Origin: an uncultured Acidimicrobiaceae bacterium
GTDB taxonomy: Bacteria; Actinomycetota; Acidimicrobiia; Spongiisociales; UBA5794
DNA length: 32,032 nt
Reading direction: 5' to 3'
Assembly (NCBI GenBank): GCA_947258635.1
Contig: CAMYJM010000001.1
Location: forward strand, 1 to 32,032
Below the pieces are notes generated by a model. The model ran no database searches. It saw nothing but the letters and a program-made list of their open reading frames with translations, and was not told the DNA's origin. This document shows positions 1 through 6,655 of this stretch, piece by piece. Position numbers and translations under genes: made by a program. Position 1 is the stretch's first letter. Each line of letters opens with the position of its first letter.

Positions 1-401
1 TGGTGGACAAACGCATCCGCAAGATCGAATCGGTGCGCCGCGACCTGCCGCCCGGCCGTCGCTGGGGAGATCCGGCTGCCGGAGTCGGCATCATCGGCAT
101 CGGCATGGAGCTGGGGGCGATGGAGGAGGCCACCGAGCGTCTGGCGGCGGCGGGCCTCCCGGTGAGTGGGCTGCAGCCCCGCACACTGTGGCCGGTCCTC
201 GAAGAGACGATTGACTTCGTGCGCGCCCACCAACGGGTCTACGTCATCGAGCACAATGCTGAGGGTCAGTTGAGCCACCTGATCGCCTCCGTGGGAGCGC
301 CCCACGATCGGCTCCGTTCCGTGCTCAAGTACGACGGCATCCCATTCCGGCCCGGGGAGCTGGCTGCCCGGATCCTCGAAGGGGAAGAGGCGGCCCGATG
401 A
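1..401 (+). CDS. korA: 2-oxoacid:ferredoxin oxidoreductase alpha subunit, C-terminal fragment (5' end outside window)
   Basis: The frame of ORF 3..401 is open to the window edge. The translated tail (GIIGIGMELGAMEEA...VYVIEHNAEGQL...KYDGIPFRPGEL) resembles the C-terminal domain of KorA/OorA-type alpha subunits. Its TGA overlaps the ATG of the next gene (ATGA at 398-401). Confidence 0.8.
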   Translation, partial: VDKRIRKIESVRRDLPPGRRWGDPAAGVGIIGIGMELGAMEEATERLAAAGLPVSGLQPRTLWPVLEETIDFVRAHQRVYVIEHNAEGQLSHLIASVGAPHDRLRSVLKYDGIPFRPGELAARILEGEEAAR

Positions 402-1240
402 CTGCGACCTACCAACCGGCCCTTCCGATCTGGTGCGCCGGTTGTGGCCATTTCGGGGTCCAGGCGGCGATGAACGGCGCGATCCGGGCGCTCGAAATAC
501 CGCGCCACGAGACGATGATCCTGGCCGGCATCGGCTGCAGCGGCACCGTGCAAAACAACCTCGGCACTTACGGCTACCACGCCCTCCACGGCCGGGTGCT
601 CCCGACTGCGGCCGGAGTCCACCTCGCCAATCCCGACCTCACCGTCATCGCGACCGGCGGCGACGGCGACGGATACGCCATCGGCATGGGCCACCTCGTC
701 CACTCGTTCCGCCGCAACGCGTCGTTTACGTACGTCGTGATGAACAACGGGGTCTACGGGCTCACCAAGGGCCAGAACTCGCCGACCTTCCAAGCCGATG
801 GCGCAGCCGCGCTCGATTTCGACGCCATCAGCCTCGGGCTGTCGATCCCGGCGACGACCTTCCTCGCCCGCGGGTTTGCCCGCTGGACCGACCAACTCGA
901 CCGCCTGATGCTGGCCGCGGTCGAACACGCCCGAGCCGGGCGGGGCTTCGCCTTCATCGAGGTGCTGTCACCGTGTGTCACCTACAACGACACCTACCCC
1001 GTGTGGGAGGCGTCGCTGCACGACCTCGATGCGGACGGCGCCCACGACCCGGCCGACCGCGCCGGCGCCTTTGCCAAGCTGGCGTCGCTGGCGGCGACCG
1101 GTCGCATGGCCGTCGGCCAGATCTATCGAGCGGATGGGGCGCAGCAGGGCAGGTCCCTGCCGCGGCCCGCCGCCGCCGACACGTCGCCGGACACTCACGC
1201 CGCCGCCTACGCCGCCGTCATGAACCGGTACCGGGTGTGA
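398..1240 (+). CDS. korB: 2-oxoacid:ferredoxin oxidoreductase beta subunit (TPP-binding)
   Basis: 280-aa ORF with the N-terminal WCAGCGHFG motif and the TPP-binding GGDGDGYAIG...NNGVYGLT motif typical of KorB/OorB. A purine-rich gaaggggaagagg lies upstream. The start overlaps the korA stop, which suggests translational coupling. Confidence 0.9.
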   Translation: MTATYQPALPIWCAGCGHFGVQAAMNGAIRALEIPRHETMILAGIGCSGTVQNNLGTYGYHALHGRVLPTAAGVHLANPDLTVIATGGDGDGYAIGMGHLVHSFRRNASFTYVVMNNGVYGLTKGQNSPTFQADGAAALDFDAISLGLSIPATTFLARGFARWTDQLDRLMLAAVEHARAGRGFAFIEVLSPCVTYNDTYPVWEASLHDLDADGAHDPADRAGAFAKLASLAATGRMAVGQIYRADGAQQGRSLPRPAAADTSPDTHAAAYAAVMNRYRV

Positions 1241-1251
1241 TGCAAGCGTCA

Positions 1252-1257
1252 TAGACT
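1252..1257 (+). promoter_or_regulatory. -10-like hexamer TAGACT; candidate promoter for a leaderless crotonase mRNA
   Basis: TAGACT fits the TANNNT pattern and ends 6 nt before the ATG at 1264. No Shine-Dalgarno sequence lies in between. This arrangement is typical of actinobacterial leaderless transcripts. No convincing -35 element was seen. Confidence 0.3.
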
Positions 1258-1263
1258 CGCCGT

Positions 1264-2004
1264 ATGGCAGTCCGTGTCGAGACCTCGGGGCCGGTCACTA
1301 CCGTGATCCTGGCGCGGCCCGAAGTGAGGAACGCAGTCGACGCGGCCACCGCTTCGGCGCTGCGGGAGGCTTTCGCCGAGTTCGAGTCGGCCGGCGACCA
1401 ACTGGTAGCCGTGCTGTGGGGCGAGGGCGGCACGTTCTGCTCCGGCTACGACCTCAAGGAGGCGATGGCCGGCACCGTCGGCTACGACCCCGCCGGCCCG
1501 GGCCCAATGGGGCCCACCCGGCACACCCTCAGCAAGCCCGTCATTGCCGCCGTCGAGGGTTACGCAGTCGCCGGCGGTCTGGAACTAGCGCTGTGGTGTG
1601 ACATGCGGGTCATGGCTGATGACGCCGCCTTCGGCGTGTTCTGTCGGAGATGGGGAGTCCCGCTGATCGACGGAGGCACCATCCGGCTTCCCCGCCTGAT
1701 CGGGCAGGGCCGGGCCCTTGACATGATCCTCACCGGCCGTGAGGTTTCCGCTACCGAATCGCTCGCCTGGGGCCTCGCCGACCGGGTCGTGCCGCGCGGA
1801 ACGACGCGGCGAGCTGCGGAGCAACTTGCGGTACAGATCGCTCGCTTCCCCCAGGTATGTATGCGGGCCGACCGCGATTCATCGCTGACCCAGTGGGGCC
1901 GCGCCATGGACGACGCCCTGGCCGCCGAGGCCGTCGGAGGTGTCGAGCCGCTGAAGACCGTGGCCGAGCAGATCGCCCCGTTCTTCGAACCCGGAGGTTC
2001 GTGA
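1264..2004 (+). CDS. enoyl-CoA hydratase/isomerase (crotonase) family protein
   Basis: 246-aa ORF with crotonase hallmarks: FCSGYDLKE and the oxyanion-hole region AAVEGYAVAGGLELALWCD. G/C third-position bias is high. Confidence 0.9.
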   Translation: MAVRVETSGPVTTVILARPEVRNAVDAATASALREAFAEFESAGDQLVAVLWGEGGTFCSGYDLKEAMAGTVGYDPAGPGPMGPTRHTLSKPVIAAVEGYAVAGGLELALWCDMRVMADDAAFGVFCRRWGVPLIDGGTIRLPRLIGQGRALDMILTGREVSATESLAWGLADRVVPRGTTRRAAEQLAVQIARFPQVCMRADRDSSLTQWGRAMDDALAAEAVGGVEPLKTVAEQIAPFFEPGGS

Positions 2005-2015
2005 GACAAGCGCGG

Positions 2016-2052
2016 CTCGTGGGCCCGGTCCCCCGCCTCCCGGGCCCACGAG
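2016..2052. terminator. GC-rich hairpin between convergent genes (likely bidirectional terminator)
   Basis: A perfect 13-bp stem, ctcgtgggcccgg (2016-2028) pairing with ccgggcccacgag (2040-2052), encloses an 11-nt loop. It sits between the crotonase stop (2004) and the SGNH hydrolase stop (2095). There is no strong U-tract. Confidence 0.6.
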
Positions 2053-2094
2053 TCTTCCGGGTGCGACCGTGTGGTCGCAACGCCCCCTCGGCCC

Positions 2095-2892
2095 CTAGGT
2101 CATCGCCTCCAGGAATGCCCGGGCGATCTTGCGATGACCGCTGTCGTCGGGATGCAGGCAGTCGGTCCCTCCGACAAAGTCGTTCAGCTCGAGCAACCCA
2201 TAGGTCTCGACGACCGTCACCCCTCCGACGGCGCCGGCGACGCCGCGGATGATGTCGTTGAGGCCCCCGGGCAATCCGTCGCCGCCCTCGAGAACGACGT
2301 CTGCCAGGGGCGCCAGCGCTGCCAGGTCACAAGAGGCCAGGGGGTTGGCGTACGTCATGATGGCGATCTCAGCATTGGGCGCCACGGCCCGCAACGTCCC
2401 GAGGATCTGACCCAGATTCCCCTGGTAGCCGGCGAAGATCGACTGGATCGTGTTGACACAATCCGGGCCGACCCCACCGGCGCAGGCCGCGAGGACGGGT
2501 TCGAACAGGTCGTTGCCGCCGATGGTCAGCGTTACGTAAGCCACGTCATTGCCCGGATCCGAGTCCCCGGCGCGGGCCAGGATCTCGGCAACGGCAGCCG
2601 GCAGCTGATCGGCAATGAGGTCGCTGCTCTGCGCTCCGCCGACGGCGTAGTTGTGGAGTTCGAGATGGGGGCACGCGCTGGGGCCATCCGCAACACAGTC
2701 GACCGAACGCAGCCAGCGGTTCAGCCGCGGGACGTAGGCTGTCACCTCGTTGTTGTTCGCTACGGACCCGGCCGCGATCGAATCGCCGAGTGCGATGTGG
2801 ACCGGGCCCTCCGGCGGGCCTGCCATTGCCGGCACGGCGATCGAGGCGGTGACGAGCAGAGCCACTGCCATGGTGATTGTGATGCGCCGCAT
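2095..2892 (-). CDS. secreted SGNH/GDSL-family hydrolase (lipase/esterase)
   Basis: SGNH blocks are present: IALGDSIAAGS (block I), TIGGNDL (block III) and DCLHPDDSGH (DxxH, block V). I place the start at ATG 2892 (MRRITITMAVALLVTASIAVPAMA, signal-peptide-like), which follows GGAGG (reverse complement of 2896-2900). The listed ORF runs on to 3177, but that stretch overlaps the upstream gene and looks non-coding. Confidence 0.85.
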   Translation of the reverse strand: MRRITITMAVALLVTASIAVPAMAGPPEGPVHIALGDSIAAGSVANNNEVTAYVPRLNRWLRSVDCVADGPSACPHLELHNYAVGGAQSSDLIADQLPAAVAEILARAGDSDPGNDVAYVTLTIGGNDLFEPVLAACAGGVGPDCVNTIQSIFAGYQGNLGQILGTLRAVAPNAEIAIMTYANPLASCDLAALAPLADVVLEGGDGLPGGLNDIIRGVAGAVGGVTVVETYGLLELNDFVGGTDCLHPDDSGHRKIARAFLEAMT

Positions 2893-2993
2893 GGTTCCTC
2901 CCCTTGTCGGGCGACTACTCGAGAGTGCCGCACATCCCGCGACGGCGCTATGGGGAATGACCCCCATGGGCCCAAAGTGCGCCGGCAACCTCG

Positions 2994-4004
2994 CTAGCGG
3001 TCGGTGGGAGCCTTCGCCGCTTCGTGCGGATAGACGTGAACCATCGCAGTGACCGGCACTGAGAAGTGGCGATGCAGGGCATCCTCGACCTGGTGGGCCG
3101 TTTCGTGCCCCTCGCGGACCGTCAGCTCGGCGTCGACGGCAATGGACGCGGCGATCCGGAGCTGGTGCCCGTGCCATCTGACTCGCACGTCGCTGATGGC
3201 GAGCACCCCGGCGACGCCGCCGATGGTGGACTCGACATCGTCGACGATGTCCGGCTCAATCCCGTCGAGGATACGGCGGGCAACTCGCCTGGCCGACCTG
3301 ACCAGGATCCACAGGATCGCGGCGGCAACGACGAGGCCCGCCACCGGATCGATCCAGGCGACATCGAACGCGGCGCCGACACCGGCAGCGACTACGGCCA
3401 GCGAGGTCAGCGCGTCGGCGCGAGCATGGTTGCCGTCGACGACCAGCGCTTCGGAGCCGATGTCGCGACCGACCATGATTCGGTACCGGGCCACCAGCTC
3501 GTTGCCGAGGCCACCCACGAGGCCGGCCGCGATCACCCAGGGGATGTGGTCCATCAGCCGGGGCTCGGCGAGGCGCCGCACCGATTCCCAGATCACCAGG
3601 GTGGCCGAGGCCCCGATGGCAACGACGATCACGAGGCCCGCAACGTCCTCGGCCCGGTTGAATCCGTACATGTACCGCCGCGTCGGCAAGCGCCTCCCGA
3701 CGGCAAACGCGATCCACAAGGGGATAGCGGTCAAGGCGTCCGCCAGATTGTGGAGCGTATCCGAGAGCAGCGCCACGGAACCGCTGAACAAGAAGATCAC
3801 GGCCTGCACCAGCGCGGTGACACCGAGACCGACGAGCGACACCTTGGTAGCCCTGATCGCCTCCGCGCCGGAGTCGAGGAGCTGGCCGCTACTCGAGCTG
3901 TGATCGTGATCGTGGGCCACCATATCGCCGACCCGGTCACGGACCCGCCTGAACCAGGAGTCTCGATGACCGTGGTCGTCGCGGGGTGCGGGGGGAACAG
4001 TCAT
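2994..4004 (-). CDS. cation diffusion facilitator (CDF) family divalent-metal efflux transporter
   Basis: Two HxxxD metal-site motifs lie in predicted TM helices (LHNLADAL and NHARADAL). There is a His-rich N-terminus (DDHGHRDSW...HDHDHSSSS) and a C-terminal cytoplasmic domain. The start is uncertain: I prefer ATG 4004 because the codons between 4070 and 4004 have weaker G/C third-position bias. ATG 4070 and the ORF start at 4100 remain possible. Confidence 0.85.
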   Translation of the reverse strand: MTVPPAPRDDHGHRDSWFRRVRDRVGDMVAHDHDHSSSSGQLLDSGAEAIRATKVSLVGLGVTALVQAVIFLFSGSVALLSDTLHNLADALTAIPLWIAFAVGRRLPTRRYMYGFNRAEDVAGLVIVVAIGASATLVIWESVRRLAEPRLMDHIPWVIAAGLVGGLGNELVARYRIMVGRDIGSEALVVDGNHARADALTSLAVVAAGVGAAFDVAWIDPVAGLVVAAAILWILVRSARRVARRILDGIEPDIVDDVESTIGGVAGVLAISDVRVRWHGHQLRIAASIAVDAELTVREGHETAHQVEDALHRHFSVPVTAMVHVYPHEAAKAPTDR

Positions 4005-4141
4005 GGCGGCCCAGACGGTATACCGTTGGGAACCCGCTGTGAAGTCATGAGCGGTTGACCGCCTCCGCATGGTGGTCAACAAAACAACAGGTGGGACCAA
4101 ATCGTGACCCTACTCGGGAGAAGGGGTATTGCGCTGCTGGG

Positions 4142-4834
4142 CTAGACGCGACCGGCGTTCTCGACCCGGTCGCGGATTGTCCGCAGCATCTTCTGCTCCA
4201 TGATGAATGTGCCCGGTTCGGCCAGAACCTGCATGGCGACGGTGGCGGGCGTCATCTCGAACTTGGGCCGCCAGCGGCTCACCAGCCTCGTCCCCCCGTC
4301 GTCGTCCGGGTAGAGCCCGAGGGACCAGCTCGTGGAACCGTCCTCGAGCAGGCTCACGATCGACTTGGCCGGTTCGATCGATTCCACGACGAACCCCATA
4401 GTCGGCATCATCAGGATCTTGTCGCCGACCGCCAGCTGCTGGTATTCCGGGATGATTCGATCCGCGCTGGGCTTGAAGTCGTTGTCGATCCAGTCGTAGC
4501 TGTACCAACCGGCCCTGCCGTACCCGATCTGCACGAGCCACGGCCACACCTCCTGGGCAGTGGCGTCAATGGCGATGGCGTGGGTGGCTCCAACGGCGTC
4601 CGGAATCAGCTCATCGCCGGGCATAGCCATCGTGACTTCCTCGTCGGTTGCCCCCCAGCGCAGGTGCCACGGCTTGATGACCCGGAAGTACAGAGTCACT
4701 AGGACGGCGAAAGCGCCCAGCGCCACCACGCTACCGCCCAGCCAGCCCAGCCACAGAATGAGACCGATCAGAATCGCGATCGCGGCCAGGAAGATGGTGG
4801 CAACGATGATCATGATCATCATCTGCGTCTTCAT
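4142..4834 (-). CDS. membrane-anchored SRPBCC (START/polyketide-cyclase-like) family protein
   Basis: 230-aa ORF with two N-terminal hydrophobic helices followed by WPWLVQIGYGRAGWYSYDWIDN and a C-terminal EPGTFIMEQKMLRTIRDRVE, as seen in actinobacterial SRPBCC proteins. GGAGGG lies 4-5 nt upstream of ATG 4834. Confidence 0.8.
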   Translation of the reverse strand: MKTQMMIMIIVATIFLAAIAILIGLILWLGWLGGSVVALGAFAVLVTLYFRVIKPWHLRWGATDEEVTMAMPGDELIPDAVGATHAIAIDATAQEVWPWLVQIGYGRAGWYSYDWIDNDFKPSADRIIPEYQQLAVGDKILMMPTMGFVVESIEPAKSIVSLLEDGSTSWSLGLYPDDDGGTRLVSRWRPKFEMTPATVAMQVLAEPGTFIMEQKMLRTIRDRVENAGRV

Positions 4835-4934
4835 GTTCCCTCCAGGTCGGCCGCAGCCTCAGCTGTAGCGCATGGCGAAGGTCCTCGGTAGAGGCTTTGG
4901 GCAGCGATGGCTCCCGGGTGCGACGGCAATCGGT

Positions 4935-4963
4935 GGGAACCGATCGGCTCCAGGCTCCGTATT
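4935..4963 (+). promoter_or_regulatory. ECF-sigma-type promoter candidate (GGGAAC-N17-CGTATT) upstream of the CHRD gene
   Basis: gggaac (4935-4940), a 17-nt spacer, then cgtatt (4958-4963). This matches the GGAAC...CGT architecture of group-IV sigma promoters and lies 37 nt upstream of ATG 5000. The evidence is the motif only. Confidence 0.35.
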
Positions 4964-4999
4964 GCTCCGGAAGGATCCTTCGAGAAAGGGGAATTGGTA

Positions 5000-5416
5000 A
5001 TGCGTAGAGTTCTTTTATTGGTGGCGGTGGCCGCACTGATGGTCGCCGGCTCCGCTCCGGCACTGGCCAGCGGCCGGCCGTTGACGGCCGAGTTGGTCGG
5101 CTCGACTGAGGTGCCGGTTGCCGGCGACCCGGACGGCATGGGACACGCCACAGTGACCCTGAACCAGGGGCTGGGCGAGGTCTGTTGGGACATCATGGTC
5201 GCCGACATCGCCACGCCGCGGGCAGCGCACATTCACATAGGCGAAGCGGGTGTAGCCGGCGGCGTCGTTGTTGGTCTGACACCAGGCAGCGGCTGCGTTG
5301 ACGGCGTCGATGCCGATCTGATCAAAGACATCCGGCAGAACCCGTCCAACTACTACGTCAACGTGCACAACGCGGAATTCCCCGGAGGTGCGCTGCGCGG
5401 GCAGCTCTCCAAGTAG
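5000..5416 (+). CDS. secreted CHRD domain-containing protein
   Basis: Start at ATG 5000 (MRRVLLLVAVAALMVAGSAPALA, signal peptide), preceded by gaaagggga. CHRD signatures are present: AAHIHIGEAGVAGGVVVGL and YYVNVHNAEFPGGALRGQL. The listed ORF begins at 4907, but those first 31 codons precede the signal peptide. Confidence 0.85.
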   Translation: MRRVLLLVAVAALMVAGSAPALASGRPLTAELVGSTEVPVAGDPDGMGHATVTLNQGLGEVCWDIMVADIATPRAAHIHIGEAGVAGGVVVGLTPGSGCVDGVDADLIKDIRQNPSNYYVNVHNAEFPGGALRGQLSK

Positions 5417-5430
5417 ACCTCACGCAAGCA

Positions 5431-5462
5431 GGGGGACGCGCCGACCCCACGGCGCGTCCCCC
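5431..5462 (+). terminator. intrinsic-terminator-like hairpin after the CHRD gene
   Basis: A perfect 13-bp stem, gggggacgcgccg (5431-5443) pairing with cggcgcgtccccc (5450-5462), encloses a 6-nt loop. It starts 15 nt after the stop codon. The trailing sequence ctgtgtcg is only a weak U-tract. Confidence 0.65.
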
Positions 5463-5479
5463 CTGTGTCGCGACAATGG

Positions 5480-5508
5480 GGAACCGGGCGGGCCACCTCC
5501 GTCATACT
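5480..5508 (+). promoter_or_regulatory. promoter candidate for a leaderless lipoprotein mRNA (GGAAC-N15-CGTC, overlapping CATACT)
   Basis: ggaac (5480-5484), a 15-nt spacer, then cgtc (5500-5503). The overlapping catact (5503-5508) ends 5 nt before ATG 5514, and that ATG has no Shine-Dalgarno sequence. The site could be an ECF-type or a housekeeping -10 element. Confidence 0.3.
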
Positions 5509-5513
5509 GACGT

Positions 5514-6435
5514 ATGGCACTGCGGCTCTTCATCATCGCTCTGATCTTGCTGGTGAACGCTTGCGGCGGCGCCGGCTCGGTCGCTTCCACCCAGGGCGAT
5601 ACCGCCCCTCCGCCGGCTCCCACCCGTGACGCCGACGGCAATCTCACCGCCGGGCCCGGCTGGGAGCTACTCGCCTTCACCCGCAGCGGCCTCACGTACG
5701 GGGTCGCCGTCGCCGAGAACGCGGCCGACACGGCGCGAATGTGGTCGGCACTTCACTTGGATCGAGCCCCGCCCACGGTGTATTACACCACTCTCGTGCT
5801 CATGGTGCTTGGCCATGCCTTGTCGGGGTGGTGCCCGGAGTTTCTGTTTCAAGGTCTCGACATCGAGCCCGCATGCCGGGTGTACCGACGACGCCAACCC
5901 GGCGGCGTACCTTCTCGCGGTGGAGCGGTCGGCGCTGCCCGATCGATTCCTGCTCACGCTCGAGGCGGAGGACATCTGCCGCGGCTGCGATGAGGACGCG
6001 ATCCTCGTGGATCTCACGTCGGATGTGCCCGATGACTCGCAATGGTGGGCAACCGCCGGCTTCGGCGTCGTGATCGGCGGCGCCCCGCCGGAGGACAGCC
6101 ACGTCTTCACACTTCACTACGGAGGCACCGTCGAGCCTCTTGCCATCCTCGCCGCCGACTGGCAGATCGAGCCGCGATGGGTGGGTGGCAGTGAGCGCAT
6201 CCCGGATCGGGTGGAGGCCTTCACCGCCGACTGCTTGGGTGGCGAAGAGTGCATCGAAGATCTCGAGTTGCTGGAGCCGACCGGACCCGTCTGCGGCGCC
6301 AACGTAGGGACCGAACCGCGCCAGGACGTCATCGTCATGATCACGTTCGCCGAAGATGGGAGCTGCGTCGTGGACGTGGTCCCGGGAGCCGACGGGACCG
6401 AGTTCATGGCGGGCAGCGACGAACCCGAGGAGTGA
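5514..6435 (+). pseudogene. putative lipoprotein of unknown function with an interrupted reading frame (+1 shift near 5850-5885)
   Basis: ORF 5514..5993 begins with a signal peptide and a lipobox-like sequence (MALRLFIIALILLVNAC|GG). Its G/C third-position bias collapses after about 5880. At that point the +1 frame (ORF 5626..6435) picks up strong coding bias and continues to an acidic C-terminus. This is best explained as one gene carrying a 1-nt indel, either real or an assembly error. Confidence 0.55.
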
Positions 6436-6655
6436 GCCGAGCGGGCTTTCGCCCACCCGGCATCCCCGAGCCCCACCGCACGGCTGACCGACTCCTCCCC
6501 GCTGCCACGGACCCCACAGCCATCGACGCAGGCGCCAGGGGTTTCCACCAATCGCATCTCCCCAGAGGCAAATGCCTAGCGCCTCCCGCCGCTTGCGGCT
6601 TGAATGGCGTAGTTGGGAGCGACTGGTAGCTCCCCCGTAGCTGGGAGAAGATGGC

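Noticed and set aside
2497-2506. gggttcgaac, a T-loop-like sequence that could hint at a tRNA
   Set aside because: It is embedded in the SGNH hydrolase CDS, and no acceptor or anticodon stems can be drawn around it. No intergenic region in the window is long and structured enough to hold a tRNA.
2893-3177. Upstream extensions of listed ORFs 2095..3177, 2994..4100, 4907..5416, 20749..21774 and 27223..29853
   Set aside because: In each case an internal start with a Shine-Dalgarno-like sequence and a sensible N-terminus (signal peptide or conserved family start) lies downstream. The extension overlaps the neighbouring gene or has weak codon bias.
2071-4058. Plus-strand ORFs 2071..2997, 3049..3903 and 3066..4058 overlapping the SGNH hydrolase and CDF genes
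   Set aside because: The minus-strand products carry the diagnostic SGNH blocks and CDF HxxxD motifs. The plus-strand translations are featureless and Arg/Pro/Gly-rich.
5811-6435. Treating the downstream frame of the split lipoprotein as an independent gene starting at the ATG near 5814
   Set aside because: There is no RBS. The frame-B codon bias between about 5814 and 5870 is poor, while frame A still looks coding there. A single gene with an indel explains the pattern better, although this is not proven.
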